A DNA stretch of 32,000 nt. It comes from Bacillota bacterium (GTDB lineage Bacteria > Bacillota > DTU025 > MWDF01). Shown here piece after piece: positions 15,260-25,050 of the stretch. The stretch spans positions 1 to 32,000 of the forward strand of contig JAGOKM010000006.1 of NCBI GenBank assembly GCA_017994615.1, written 5' to 3'. How positions within the stretch are numbered: position 1 is the stretch's first letter; every line of letters begins with the position of its first letter. The position numbers and the translations under genes were made by a program. The notes below the pieces were generated by a model. The model did not search any database, had not been told where the DNA came from, and was given only the letters and a program-made list of their open reading frames with translations.

Positions 15260-16957
15260 TTACTTCACTTCCGACTCTTCTGAAACGAAACCTTTTACGA
15301 CGCTCTGTATTATTACGCTGGTCCTATACAAGGGCTCTCCGTCATATGGCTCGCCTTCGGCCCCCTGATCGTACGGAAGGGCCTCATCCTGGGCCCCTTC
15401 GCGCTCATAGTAGATCTCGAGCACGACTTCGTTGTTCTGGTCGGCGGACCCTATGTCTTCGAGCAATTCGGAAACGGACCTTCCGCCAGTGTCCCCGACC
15501 TTGTCTCCGATTGTGTAGGCTTCGTCCTCGTCCTCGGAGGCGCCGCCGAAGGCTGATACCGACACCGTTCCCGGGTCCGTACCTGCGGGAAGCATGACCT
15601 CGATCTGCTTTGTGTACTCCTCGCCCCTGAAAGGCCTTATCCTCACGCCGACAGACTGCGGAGTCCCCGGCACGAAGCCCCCCTCCGGAAGCTCTATGCC
15701 AGTGATTACGGATGTCAGCCTTACTGGGGCGATGTCGACGGTCACTTGAATGCCGGATACTGCCGCCTCTTCAACGTCGTTTCCGAGTATCAGGGCGATG
15801 ATGTCGGAGACTTCCCCCGTCACCGATGTCCCTATGTCGTTGCCCGACCAGACCATGTCCTCCCTTATTAGCTGCCCGGAGCCTGTCTTTATGAGCACCG
15901 ATATGTAGGCGGTGCCTTCCCCGACCCTCATTATCGAGCCGTCTATGGTGGACAGCACGGCCGAGGCTACGAGGTCCTCCATCAGCCTTTCATCCCGCAC
16001 GCATTTCAGGCTGGACGATTTCCTCCTGCCCGTTTGCATGTCGTTCGCCCTGACGGAAACGTCAGCCATGGAAGCTGTAGTGCCTATCGTGCCGGCCAGC
16101 CCATACGACCGGTCCTGCGTCACCACGGCCGACGGGGCTTCGAAAGTGCCGAGCTTGAACGGGAAGGAATCTGAGGGCAGCACTGCAAGCACCGTAGACT
16201 TCGACATGGGAAGCTCCACGGAGCCTATGTTCAGCATCGGATGCCCGAAGGCGAGGAAGCTCCTGCCGTCGGTCCATGTGAGTGTTCCTATGGCGCCGGC
16301 CTCGACGTCCCCGTTGCACATCTGGACTGCGATCGACGAGCCTGCCACGTAGCCTCCGTCCCTGTCCTCGTCGCTTGAAGATGCCCCTATCGCCATGACC
16401 GGGCTGACCTTGTAACCCTTCGACCTGAAGCCCTCCTTCAGCTCGTCAAGGGCCCTTCCGGCAAGGCCGCTCACCCATACTGGCGTCGAGGCTGGCTTGA
16501 AGCACCCCCATCCGTCGATTTCGATCCTGTCTCCGGCAGATGCCAGCTTTCCTGCCTCAAGTAGCCTGACCATCGCGCTCATCGGCGTTATTATGCCGAT
16601 AAACGGGTCGGGACCTTCTAGCACATGCGAGAGCGCGCCGATCAGCTTGCCTGAAAGATAGCAGGGGCTTCCGCTCATGCCCGCAGCTATGCCGCCTATC
16701 TCGTCTATGCTGGGGCCGGACACCCTGGCTATTATGAGGTAGTCTGAGCTGTCTTCGCCCTTCGTTACTGCCAGCACCTTGAAATCGAAGCTGGAAGGCT
16801 CGCTGCCCGCGAACACGGTGAGACCGTATCCCGACACGCCCGGCTTGATATCCTTCGGTTCCAGATAGATTGGGGCGCCAAGGGCCGCGGCTGCAAGGAA
16901 GGCGATTGACAGCAGCGCCGATGCCGCAATCCATGGGATGGCGCGTCTTCTTTGCAT
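15260..16957 (-). CDS. secreted S55 (SpoIVB-like) serine peptidase homologue with permuted motif order and long acidic C-terminal region
   Basis: 565 codons with signal peptide IAASALLSIAFLAAAALGAP. GGIAAGMSGSPCYLSGKLIGALSHV (Ser95) resembles the SpoIVB Ser motif GIVQGMSGSPII.NGK.IGAVTHV. AGAIGTLTWTDGRSFLAFGHP (His239) resembles the SpoIVB His motif AGIGTMTFY...ALGH. The comparison is from my memory of B. subtilis SpoIVB. Confidence 0.5.
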   Translation of the reverse strand: MQRRRAIPWIAASALLSIAFLAAAALGAPIYLEPKDIKPGVSGYGLTVFAGSEPSSFDFKVLAVTKGEDSSDYLIIARVSGPSIDEIGGIAAGMSGSPCYLSGKLIGALSHVLEGPDPFIGIITPMSAMVRLLEAGKLASAGDRIEIDGWGCFKPASTPVWVSGLAGRALDELKEGFRSKGYKVSPVMAIGASSSDEDRDGGYVAGSSIAVQMCNGDVEAGAIGTLTWTDGRSFLAFGHPMLNIGSVELPMSKSTVLAVLPSDSFPFKLGTFEAPSAVVTQDRSYGLAGTIGTTASMADVSVRANDMQTGRRKSSSLKCVRDERLMEDLVASAVLSTIDGSIMRVGEGTAYISVLIKTGSGQLIREDMVWSGNDIGTSVTGEVSDIIALILGNDVEEAAVSGIQVTVDIAPVRLTSVITGIELPEGGFVPGTPQSVGVRIRPFRGEEYTKQIEVMLPAGTDPGTVSVSAFGGASEDEDEAYTIGDKVGDTGGRSVSELLEDIGSADQNNEVVLEIYYEREGAQDEALPYDQGAEGEPYDGEPLYRTSVIIQSVVKGFVSEESEVK

Positions 16958-16960
16958 GGC

Positions 16961-18217
16961 CTACTCCCTTCTCATCCTGGCGCCGCACCTGGAAAGGCGC
17001 CCCTCGAAGTTCTCATAACCCCTGTCAAGATGGGAAACGTTGTGGATGTGGGTCTCACCTTCGGCGGAAAGCGCAGCCGTCACGAGGGCCGCCGACGCCC
17101 TGAGGTCCGTGGCGTTGACATGCGCTCCGGTGAGCCTGGGCACCCCTTCGATGATGGCGGTCCTGCCGCTGATCTTCACGTCGGCCCCCATCCTGGCAAG
17201 CTCCGGCGCGTGCATGAACCTGTTCTCGAATACGTTCTCCGTAACCTGCGAAGTGCCCTCTGCCGTACAGAGCGCGGCCATGAGCTGGGCCTGCATGTCG
17301 GTCGGGAAGCCTGGGTAGGGCATCGTGGTGACATCGACCGCCTTGAGGCGCCTTTCAGCGCTGACCTTTATCGCCCCCTCGAAAGCCTCTATGCTGGCCC
17401 CGGCCTCGGACAGCTTCGCCTCCAGCGGCTTTACGTGTTCTACCACGACGTTGTCGATGAAGAGAGACCCTCCGGTCGCCGCCGCGATTATCATGAAGGT
17501 CCCAGCCTCTATCCTGTCGGGTATCACGGTATGGGAAGATGCCCCCAGCTGCTCGGTGCCGTCGATCCTGAGCACAGGCGTGCCGGCGCCTCTTACCTTG
17601 GCTCCCATCTTGTTGAGGAAGTTCGCAAGGTCAACTATCTCAGGCTCCCTCGCAGCGTTCTCTATGATAGTCCTTCCTTCGGCCGTGGCTGCGGCCATCA
17701 TTATGTTCTCTGTCGCCCCTACGCTCGGGAAGTCCAAGTATACCCTGTCGCCCTTGAGCCTTCCGTCGACGCTGGCCTTTACGACGCCGCCGCTCATGTC
17801 GATCTTCGCCCCCAGCGCCGCGAAGCCCTTGAGGTGCAAGTCGATCGGCCTTGCGCCTATGGCGCAGCCGCCCGGCTGGTAGATATGCGCGCTGCCCAAC
17901 CTAGCAAGCAGGGGCCCCATGACGAGAAACGACGCCCTCATGGCCCTGACCATCTCATAAGGCGGTTCGTTGCCGTCGAGGGCGGTGGAATCGACGGTCA
18001 GGACGTTGCCCTCCATGATCACATGGGCGCCCAGCGCCTCCACCACGCCCCGCATCGTCTCGATGTCCTTGAGCCTCGGGACGTCCTCTATCGTCGATAT
18101 GCCTGAGGGAAGCAGGGCAGCGGCTATCAGGGGCAGGGACGAGTTCTTCGCCCCTCCCACCCTTACGGTTCCGTCTATCTTCCTGCCGCCTTCTACTACA
18201 AGCGTGTTTAGATCCAT
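16961..18217 (-). CDS. murA: UDP-N-acetylglucosamine 1-carboxyvinyltransferase MurA
   Basis: 418 codons with RBS GGAGGT. GGAKNSSLPLIAAALL at the N-terminus, the active-site loop PGGCAIGARPIDLHLKG, and a C-terminal HLDRGYENFE. Confidence 0.95.
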   Translation of the reverse strand: MDLNTLVVEGGRKIDGTVRVGGAKNSSLPLIAAALLPSGISTIEDVPRLKDIETMRGVVEALGAHVIMEGNVLTVDSTALDGNEPPYEMVRAMRASFLVMGPLLARLGSAHIYQPGGCAIGARPIDLHLKGFAALGAKIDMSGGVVKASVDGRLKGDRVYLDFPSVGATENIMMAAATAEGRTIIENAAREPEIVDLANFLNKMGAKVRGAGTPVLRIDGTEQLGASSHTVIPDRIEAGTFMIIAAATGGSLFIDNVVVEHVKPLEAKLSEAGASIEAFEGAIKVSAERRLKAVDVTTMPYPGFPTDMQAQLMAALCTAEGTSQVTENVFENRFMHAPELARMGADVKISGRTAIIEGVPRLTGAHVNATDLRASAALVTAALSAEGETHIHNVSHLDRGYENFEGRLSRCGARMRRE

Positions 18218-18234
18218 TTCGTTACCTCCGGAAC

Positions 18235-19374
18235 CTATGCGTAATCCTCGGGCCTTGATGAAAGGCCGAAGGAGTATTTCACGGCTTCTGTTATCCTCGA
18301 CGACGCCTTGCCGTCCCCGAAAGGGTTGCGGCTGCCTGACATCCTCTTGTATTCCTTCTCGTCCTCGAGCAGCTCCCCTGCCATCCGCCTTATGACGCGC
18401 GGGTCTGTGCCTGCGAGCTTAAGCGTGCCGGCATCCAGCCCCTCGGCCCTTTCGGTCACGTTCCTCAGGACGAGCACCGGCTTTCCGAGCGAAGGGGCCT
18501 CCTCCTGTATGCCGCCCGAATCGCTCATGCAGAAGTAGGAGTTCTTCATGGCCAGCACCATGTCCGGATAAGACATCGGCCGGGTAAGATGGCATCTGTC
18601 GACGCCGTCCAGCAGGCCTCGGACCGTCGATGCGACACGCGGGTTCGGATGCACCGGCAGCAGGACCTTCACGTCAGGGTAGTCTTGAAGGATGCCCTTT
18701 ACGGCCGCGCAGATGTTCTCTATCCCTTCGCCGATGCTCTCCCTCCTGTGGGCGGTCACGAGGATCAGGCGCCCCGGTCCGAACACCGCCTCGGCCAGGT
18801 CGCCGTCCTCAAGCCTGTCGACCCTTGAGGCCGTCTTGAGCACCGCGTCGACCGCGGTGTTGCCTGTCACGAAGATCGACTCCGGCGCGACGCCCTCTTC
18901 GGTGAGGTTCCTCCTGTGGGTGCCAAGCGGGGCGAAGTGCAAGTCGGCAAGGCTTCCTATCAGCTTCCTGTTCATCTCCTCGGGGAACGGGTTGAACTTG
19001 TCGTGAGTCCGCAGCCCCGCTTCGACGTGCCCCACCTTGATGCCAGAATAGAAAGACGCAAGGGATACCACGAAACCTGTCGATGTGTCCCCGTGCACCA
19101 GCACGAGGTCCGGCTTTGCCTCTGCCAAAGCCTCCATGCATGCAGGAAGCCCTCTGGTTACGATGTCGGCGAGGCTCTGGTCCGGCTTCATTATCCCGAG
19201 GTCCATGTCGGGCTCCACACCGAAGACCCTCAGGACATCGTCCAGCATCTGCCTGTGCTGCCCCGTCGAAAGGGCGAGCACCTCCAGGTCCGGCTCCTTT
19301 TTGAGCGCTTCTACCACCGGCATCATCTTTATGGTGTCGGGCCTGGTTCCGAAGGCCGCCATTATCCTCTTCAA
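18235..19374 (-). CDS. wecB: UDP-N-acetylglucosamine 2-epimerase (non-hydrolysing), WecB/MnaA
   Basis: FGTRPDTIKMMPVV near the N-terminus, plus HVEAGLRT, DSGGIQEEAPSLGKPVLVLR and NPFGDGKAS. The ORF-track start (19488) gives an Arg/Gly-rich extension that overlaps the upstream gene, so I reject it. I prefer TTG at 19374 ([12 protein letters not shown], a complete first beta strand). ATG at 19362 is the alternative. Confidence 0.9.
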   Translation of the reverse strand: MKRIMAAFGTRPDTIKMMPVVEALKKEPDLEVLALSTGQHRQMLDDVLRVFGVEPDMDLGIMKPDQSLADIVTRGLPACMEALAEAKPDLVLVHGDTSTGFVVSLASFYSGIKVGHVEAGLRTHDKFNPFPEEMNRKLIGSLADLHFAPLGTHRRNLTEEGVAPESIFVTGNTAVDAVLKTASRVDRLEDGDLAEAVFGPGRLILVTAHRRESIGEGIENICAAVKGILQDYPDVKVLLPVHPNPRVASTVRGLLDGVDRCHLTRPMSYPDMVLAMKNSYFCMSDSGGIQEEAPSLGKPVLVLRNVTERAEGLDAGTLKLAGTDPRVIRRMAGELLEDEKEYKRMSGSRNPFGDGKASSRITEAVKYSFGLSSRPEDYA

Positions 19375-20426
19375 CCTTTGCGTACCATCCTCTCCCTTAT
19401 CTTCCGCCCGAGCTTCCCCAGCTTGAACATGCCGGCTACCGCCCCCAGGCCGATTAGCGCGGCGAAGGCCACGAAGGCGATGAACCATCCCTTTGAGGTC
19501 GCATCCTGCCTGGAGATGTAATAGCCGGTAAGGGAGAGTACCACTGTGACAGCGTAGATTATGCCCACCGCCTGCCTCTGGGTAAGCCCCATCTTCAGCA
19601 GCCTGTGGTGTATGTGCTGGTCGTCGCCCTCCCCTATGCTGGCCTTCCTGGCCACGCGCCTTAGTATGGCGAGAGTAGTGTCCATCACGGCCACCCCCAT
19701 CAGGACGACAGGTATTGCTATAGTCAGGGTGGCCGGCCCTTTAAGCGCGCCGACGGCGCTGATGCCGCCCATGGCGGCCCCTATGAACATCGCACCCGTG
19801 TCGCCCATGAATATCTGGGCGGGGTGGAAGTTGTGCCATAGGAAGCCCAAGCAGGAGCCCGACAGTATGACCGAGATTATCGCGACGTCGATGTGCCCTT
19901 TGCCGTAGGCTATTATGCCCAGTCCCATCGAACTTATAGCAACAACCCCGGACGCCAGGCCGTCGAGACCGTCAAGGAAGTTTACTGCGTTCACGAAGGA
20001 GAGTATCCACACTACGCTGAACGGGTAAGACAGCCATCCCAGGTATATCATGCCTCCGAGCGGGTCCGATATGAACTCCATGCGCACTCCCATGTACACC
20101 ATGGCGGTCGCGCCTATGAGCTGGCCTGCGAACTTCACCAACGGCCTGAGCTCAAGGATGTCGTCTATTACGCCGACTGCCATTATGAAGCCCGACCCTA
20201 GTATCAGCCCCCGCACCCAGCCTGACAGCTCCAAGCGCATCAGCGACGTCGCAAGGAAGGCTACGAATATCGCGAGCCCGCCGATGAGCGGGACGGGCCT
20301 TTCATGTATGTGCCTGCCCCTGGGTTTGTCGACTATGCCTGCCTTCGTGGCCAGCCAGCCCACGGCCGGTGTCAGCGCAAGGGATATGGCCGTTGCGAGC
20401 ATGAAGCCTATTGCCATGAGGTTCAA
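19371..20426 (-). CDS. polyprenyl-phosphate N-acetylhexosamine-1-phosphate transferase (WecA/TagO, MraY-like family)
   Basis: 351 codons with ~10 hydrophobic segments. Family motifs [34 protein letters not shown] and HIHHRL are present. The TTG start at 20426 overlaps the upstream TGA, with AGGAG 10 nt upstream. ATG at 20417 is the alternative. Confidence 0.8.
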   Translation of the reverse strand: MNLMAIGFMLATAISLALTPAVGWLATKAGIVDKPRGRHIHERPVPLIGGLAIFVAFLATSLMRLELSGWVRGLILGSGFIMAVGVIDDILELRPLVKFAGQLIGATAMVYMGVRMEFISDPLGGMIYLGWLSYPFSVVWILSFVNAVNFLDGLDGLASGVVAISSMGLGIIAYGKGHIDVAIISVILSGSCLGFLWHNFHPAQIFMGDTGAMFIGAAMGGISAVGALKGPATLTIAIPVVLMGVAVMDTTLAILRRVARKASIGEGDDQHIHHRLLKMGLTQRQAVGIIYAVTVVLSLTGYYISRQDATSKGWFIAFVAFAALIGLGAVAGMFKLGKLGRKIRERMVRKG

Positions 20427-20890
20427 TTCTCGGTAGCTCCTTCCGGATCAAGCCTTCTGAGCCTGATGCCCGCCTCGGCCAGCATGGAAACCGACATGTC
20501 GTCTGGGTATCCGCCCTCGTAGACGATTTCCGTTATGCCTGCGTTTATGAGCATCTTGGCGCACACCACGCAAGGCTGGAAGGTGCAGTAGATCGTGCTG
20601 CCGTCCAGCTGCACGCCATGCACCGCCGCCTGTATGATGCAGTTCTGCTCGGCGTGGAGCCCCCGGCAGAGCTCGTGCCTCTGCCCGGAGGGGATGTTCA
20701 GCTGCTGCCTTATGCAGCCGACCTCCTCGCAGTGCCTCAGGCCCTTGGGGGTACCGTTGTAGCCGGTGGCGAGTATCCGCCTGTCGTTCACCGCTATGGC
20801 GCCTACGCTGCGCCTCAGGCATGTAGACCTTGTGGCCACCATCCTGGCTATGTCCATGAAATACCTGTCCCAGCTGGGCCTGGAGTTCAT
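20423..20890 (-). CDS. deoxycytidylate (dCMP) deaminase, ComEB-type
   Basis: 155 codons with RBS GGAGGA. W-D-x-Y-F-M N-terminus, and zinc motifs HAEQNCI and [14 protein letters not shown]. Confidence 0.85.
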   Translation of the reverse strand: MNSRPSWDRYFMDIARMVATRSTCLRRSVGAIAVNDRRILATGYNGTPKGLRHCEEVGCIRQQLNIPSGQRHELCRGLHAEQNCIIQAAVHGVQLDGSTIYCTFQPCVVCAKMLINAGITEIVYEGGYPDDMSVSMLAEAGIRLRRLDPEGATEN

Positions 20891-20903
20891 AGGGAGGTCC
20901 TCC

Positions 20904-21992
20904 TCACTTCGTTCCGTAAAGCCTGTCGCCCGCGTCTCCCAGCCCCGGCACGATGTAACCGTGGTCGTTCAGCTTCTCGTCGACCGCAGCTACGTAGATC
21001 TCCACGTCCGGATGGGCCTCGAGGATCTTCCTTATCCCGACCGGGGCGGATACTATGGAGACAACCTTGATGCTCCTGGCGCCGGCCTCCTTGAGCAGGT
21101 CTATCCCTTTGACTATCGTGCCGCCCGTCGCCAGCATCGGATCCACCAGGATCATGCTCCTCTCGGAGGTGTCGAGGGGCAGCTTGGAATAGTACTGGAC
21201 GGGCATGAGCGTCTCGGGGTCTCTGTAAAGGCCTATGTGACCCATCCTTGCGCCGGGCATCATCTCAAGTATCGATTCGGCCATCGCAAGCCCGGCCCTC
21301 AGAACCGCCACTATGCCGAAATGCTTGCCCGCCATGACCTTCGCCTTGGCCTTGCATATGGGAGTCTCGATGTCTACTTCTGCAAGCGGCACGTCCCTTG
21401 TCACTTCATAGGCCATCAGCTTCGCCATCTCGGACACCAGCTCCCTGAAGTGCCTGGGCTCGGTGTCCTTCTGCCTCATGAGGCACAGTTTGTGCTGTAT
21501 CAGCGGGTGCTCTATGACATGCACGTTCGCATGGCCCTCCCAGCCGCCCTTTGGGGCGGGGGCCTCCTCCAGCTTGCACACGCGCCTCCTGTGCCTGCCC
21601 TCCTGGAACTCGGCCGCAAGCCATGTCTCCAGCATCTCGGGTGCTATCTCCGCGCTCGGGGTGCGGGCCCCTATGCACATCACGTTCGCGTCGTTGTGCT
21701 CCCTTGACAGCCTTGCGGTCTCAAGGTCGTATACTACAGCCGCCCTTATCCCGGGCACTTTGTTCGCCTTGATTGACATGCCTATGCCGGTCCCGCAGAT
21801 GAGGACCCCCCTGTCCGCCTCGCCTCGCGCCACGTCCTCTGCCACGAGGGCCGCGAAGTCAGGGTAGTCAACCGACGTCGAAACGTAAGTCCCGCGGTCA
21901 ACAGCAGTATGACCGAGGGATTGGATCTTGCCTATAAGCTTCTTCTTAAGGTCGAAACCAGCGTGGTCGGAACCGATGGAAACCTTCATCAT
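20904..21992 (-). CDS. rpiB/upp: in-frame fusion of ribose-5-phosphate isomerase B (res ~1-143) and uracil phosphoribosyltransferase (res ~156-361)
   Basis: The N-terminal part carries [29 protein letters not shown] and [11 protein letters not shown] (RpiB/LacAB). A 12-aa linker follows ([12 protein letters not shown], 21528-21563). The C-terminal part carries [23 protein letters not shown] and [17 protein letters not shown] (Upp). There is no stop codon between the two parts. Confidence 0.85.
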   Translation of the reverse strand: MMKVSIGSDHAGFDLKKKLIGKIQSLGHTAVDRGTYVSTSVDYPDFAALVAEDVARGEADRGVLICGTGIGMSIKANKVPGIRAAVVYDLETARLSREHNDANVMCIGARTPSAEIAPEMLETWLAAEFQEGRHRRRVCKLEEAPAPKGGWEGHANVHVIEHPLIQHKLCLMRQKDTEPRHFRELVSEMAKLMAYEVTRDVPLAEVDIETPICKAKAKVMAGKHFGIVAVLRAGLAMAESILEMMPGARMGHIGLYRDPETLMPVQYYSKLPLDTSERSMILVDPMLATGGTIVKGIDLLKEAGARSIKVVSIVSAPVGIRKILEAHPDVEIYVAAVDEKLNDHGYIVPGLGDAGDRLYGTK

Positions 21993-22007
21993 CGCACCTC
22001 CGGAACG

Positions 22008-23105
22008 TCATCTCTCCTCGACCGTGAAAACCCTGCCGTCGCAGGCCCTGATGAGGCGGTTCATGACCGCGAACCCCGGGCCTTCCTCGACGTATGAAGT
22101 AGCCAGTATGATGTCCACCTCGGACATGTCCAGCTGCCTCAGGCATGAGAAGAGCGACGAGGCGACCTCGCTCATTTTCTCTCGCCTGCCTGTCGCCGCA
22201 TAGACTATGTCCGAATCAAGGCTCGGGGCGTCAGCGGCCGAAAGCCCGGCCAGCCTTGCCGATTTCCTTATCTTCTCTATCTCGCCGGTGGCGGCGAGAA
22301 TGCCCACCCTGCTGGAGTTCCTGGCCAGGGAGACCATCTCCCTGCCTATCGTGGATATCTGCTCTTCGACGGGCCCTTTGTAAAGGAAAAGGGGGGCCCT
22401 CGGGGCGTAGTGCCTGTGCCTCAATCCCGGCGACCTGGCTGGCCCGTCCGGGTTGTCCATCCCCATCTCGATGGACGGAAGCACCAGCTTGATATCCTCC
22501 AGCCCCAATCCGCCCGGCCTTAAGAGGCTCGGCATCGGGCCGCTCATGTCTACCACCGTCGATTCGACGCCTATCCTCGCCGGTCCGCCGTCGATCACCA
22601 TGTCTATTACCCCGGAGAGGTCGCTCATCACATGCTCCCCGCTAGTCGTGCTGGGCCGGCCCGATACGTTGGCGGAAGGGGCAGCGATCGGCACGCCGGA
22701 TGCTTCTATCAACCTCAAGGCTATGTCGTTCGCCGGCATCCTTATGGCCACGGTCTTAAGGCCCGCCGTCACCACATCCGGCACGATGGGCCTCTTCTTC
22801 AGCACCATCGTCAAAGGCCCTGGCCAGAACATATGGGCCAGGCGAAGGGCGTCATCCGGCACCTCCGAGGCCAGCTCATGGAGCGACTCCATGTCGGAGA
22901 TGTGCAGGATGAGGGGGTTGTCCTGGGGCCTTCCTTTGGCTTTGAATATCTTTGCCACCGCATCCGGGTCGAATCCGTTGGCGCCGAGTCCGTATACGGT
23001 CTCCGTCGGGAAGGCGACCAGCCCCCCGGCCTTTATGATCCCAGCCGCCTTCTGTATGCCCCCCTCGTTAATCCCGGAGGTCATGTTGACGTAGACGGTA
23101 TCCAT
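22008..23105 (-). CDS. tsaC: L-threonylcarbamoyladenylate synthase, long Sua5/YwlC type (TsaC domain + Sua5 C-domain)
   Basis: 365 codons with RBS AAGGAGG. Motifs FPTETVYGLGA, KGRPQDNPLILHI, APSANVSGRPS and ESTVVD, plus a ~130-aa C-terminal extension. Confidence 0.9.
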   Translation of the reverse strand: MDTVYVNMTSGINEGGIQKAAGIIKAGGLVAFPTETVYGLGANGFDPDAVAKIFKAKGRPQDNPLILHISDMESLHELASEVPDDALRLAHMFWPGPLTMVLKKRPIVPDVVTAGLKTVAIRMPANDIALRLIEASGVPIAAPSANVSGRPSTTSGEHVMSDLSGVIDMVIDGGPARIGVESTVVDMSGPMPSLLRPGGLGLEDIKLVLPSIEMGMDNPDGPARSPGLRHRHYAPRAPLFLYKGPVEEQISTIGREMVSLARNSSRVGILAATGEIEKIRKSARLAGLSAADAPSLDSDIVYAATGRREKMSEVASSLFSCLRQLDMSEVDIILATSYVEEGPGFAVMNRLIRACDGRVFTVEER

Positions 23106-23117
23106 GGGAAGCCTCCT

Positions 23118-23990
23118 TCATGCGGTCGCTAGCACTACCCTGTCCAGTCCTGCAAGGTCCTTCCGGATGCGGACCTGCTTGAAGCCCGCCTCATGGAGCA
23201 TCGACGATACTGGCCCGGACTGGCTGCTGCCTATCTCCATCACTAGAGACCCTTGCGGCTTGATCCATACCGGGGCCTCCGTGCAGATCCTCCTATAGAA
23301 TTGAAGCCCGTCCGGGCCTCCGTCGAGGGCCAGCCTCGGCTCATGCCTTGCTACCTCCGGTTCCAGCCCGTCGATCTCCGAGCTTGCGATATAGGGCGGG
23401 TTTGCCATGATTACGTCGAACTTGCCCCTGAAGCCCTCCGGCAGCGCGTCGAAAAGGTCGCCTGAAAACAGCTCGGTCCTGTCCGACAGGCCGTATTCCG
23501 ACACGTTCCTGCTGGCCACTTCGAGGGCGCATTCCGAGATGTCAGTGAATACGATATGGGCGCCAGGCACGCTGATGGCGAAATGGATGCCGGCAGCCCC
23601 GGCCCCGCAGCACAGCTCCGCAGCCAGCGGCCGCTCAAGCCCCCCGGCGGCCTCCACCGCCGCCTCCGCCATGAGCTCGGTTTCAGGCCTGGGTACCAGT
23701 ACATCCCTGCTTACGTGCAGCTGCCTGCCCATGAATTCCTTCCTTCCGGTTATATACGCCACGGGCTCCCGCCTTCCGCGCCTCATTATGGCCTGCCTGT
23801 AAAGGTCCACCGTCCGCTCGTCGAGCCCCCGGTCGAAGCCCACGTAGAGCTGGATCCTGCTGCAACCGAGAATGTCCGCCAGCAGCACCTCGGCATCGAG
23901 CCTCGGCGAGGACGACCCTCTGGCCGCCAGGTATGATGCCGACCTGTTAAGAAGGTCCAGCACCGTCGGGCGAGCCCCCGTTTCATTCAT
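23118..23990 (-). CDS. prmC: release-factor glutamine N5-methyltransferase PrmC (HemK)
   Basis: 290 codons. The start overlaps the prfA stop (ATGAATGA). PRPETE, an LCCGAGAAG-type SAM motif and the NPPY motif (ANPPYI) are present. Confidence 0.9.
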   Translation of the reverse strand: MNETGARPTVLDLLNRSASYLAARGSSSPRLDAEVLLADILGCSRIQLYVGFDRGLDERTVDLYRQAIMRRGRREPVAYITGRKEFMGRQLHVSRDVLVPRPETELMAEAAVEAAGGLERPLAAELCCGAGAAGIHFAISVPGAHIVFTDISECALEVASRNVSEYGLSDRTELFSGDLFDALPEGFRGKFDVIMANPPYIASSEIDGLEPEVARHEPRLALDGGPDGLQFYRRICTEAPVWIKPQGSLVMEIGSSQSGPVSSMLHEAGFKQVRIRKDLAGLDRVVLATA

Positions 23991-25050
23991 CCTTCTTCAG
24001 CCTTTCGCTCTGCTCGCTCAAAACCAGCGCGTCTATCACCTCGTCTATGTCGCCGTCCATGATCAGGTCAAGCTTGTGCAGTGTAAGCCCTATCCTGTGG
24101 TCGGTCATGCGGTTCTGCGGGAAGTTGTAGGTCCTTATGCGCTCGGAGCGGTCCCCGGTGCCCACCAGGCTCTTCCTGTGCTGCGAGTACTTGGACTGCT
24201 GCTCTTCTATCGTCTTCTCAAGGAGCCTCGACCTTAGGACCTTCATAGCCTTCTCCTTGTTCTTAAGCTGCGACCTCTCGTCCTGGCACTGCACGACCAG
24301 CCCGGATGGGATGTGGGTTATCCTCACGGCAGAGTCCGTCATGTTCACGCTCTGGCCGCCGTGGCCTCCCGAGCGGAAGACGTCCACTCTCAGGTCGTTG
24401 GGGTTGATCTCGACGTCCACCTCCTCGGCCTCGGGCATCACCGCCACGGTGGCGGCAGAAGTGTGTATCCTGCCCTGTGCTTCGGTATCGGGCACCCTCT
24501 GCACCCTGTGGACGCCTGATTCGAATTTCAACCTCGAGTATACCTGGTCTCCGGAGATCATCACTATGACCTCCTTGAACCCGCCAAGGCCCGTCTCGGA
24601 GGAGCTCATCATCTCCAGCTTCCAGCCCTTCCTCTCGGCGTACCTTCCGTACATCCTGAGAAGGTCCCCTGCGAACAGGGCCGCCTCGTCCCCGCCGGTC
24701 CCAGCACGTATCTCCAGCATGACGTTCTTCTCGTCCAGAGGGTCCTTTGGAAGCAGCAGCAACTTTAGCTTCTCTATAAGGCGCTCCTTCTCTTTTTCGA
24801 GGCCCTGGACCTCTTCGGAGGCCATGGCCTTCAGCTCCGGGTCCTCCTCGTGCCACATTATCTCCTGGGCCCCGGACAGCTGTTCTTCCACCGTCCTGAG
24901 CCTCCTGAAGCTTTCGACTATGGGCTGCAGCGAGCTGTGCGCCTTGCTCGTCTTCCTGAACTGCTCCATGTCGGACACGACATCGGGGGAGGACAGGCTC
25001 GCTTCGAGCTCCTCGAACCTCTTCTCAACGTCGACCAGCTTCTCTATCAT
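23983..25050 (-). CDS. prfA: peptide chain release factor 1
   Basis: 355 codons. The GGQ motif ([10 protein letters not shown]) and the RF1-type P-x-T tripeptide ([14 protein letters not shown]) are present. The ATGA overlaps the upstream DUF1385 gene. Confidence 0.95.
   Translation of the reverse strand: MIEKLVDVEKRFEELEASLSSPDVVSDMEQFRKTSKAHSSLQPIVESFRRLRTVEEQLSGAQEIMWHEEDPELKAMASEEVQGLEKEKERLIEKLKLLLLPKDPLDEKNVMLEIRAGTGGDEAALFAGDLLRMYGRYAERKGWKLEMMSSSETGLGGFKEVIVMISGDQVYSRLKFESGVHRVQRVPDTEAQGRIHTSAATVAVMPEAEEVDVEINPNDLRVDVFRSGGHGGQSVNMTDSAVRITHIPSGLVVQCQDERSQLKNKEKAMKVLRSRLLEKTIEEQQSKYSQHRKSLVGTGDRSERIRTYNFPQNRMTDHRIGLTLHKLDLIMDGDIDEVIDALVLSEQSERLKKDE

Noticed and set aside
19375-19488. 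A 38-codon extension of the wecB ORF overlapping the wecA/tagO-like gene.
   Set aside because: The extension is Arg/Gly-rich and non-homologous. The epimerase family N-terminus (xKxIMxxFGTRP) begins at the TTG at 19374 or the ATG at 19362.
20891-20903. The GGAGGACCTCC palindrome at the dCMP deaminase RBS, considered as a translational-control hairpin.
   Set aside because: The two arms are separated by a single nucleotide, so no hairpin loop can form. It is most simply an SD sequence next to the preceding gene's last codons.
23983-25050. A programmed +1 frameshift site, as in release-factor genes.
   Set aside because: The gene is RF1 (P-x-T motif PDT), not RF2. The ORF is continuous with no internal SD-stop frameshift cassette.
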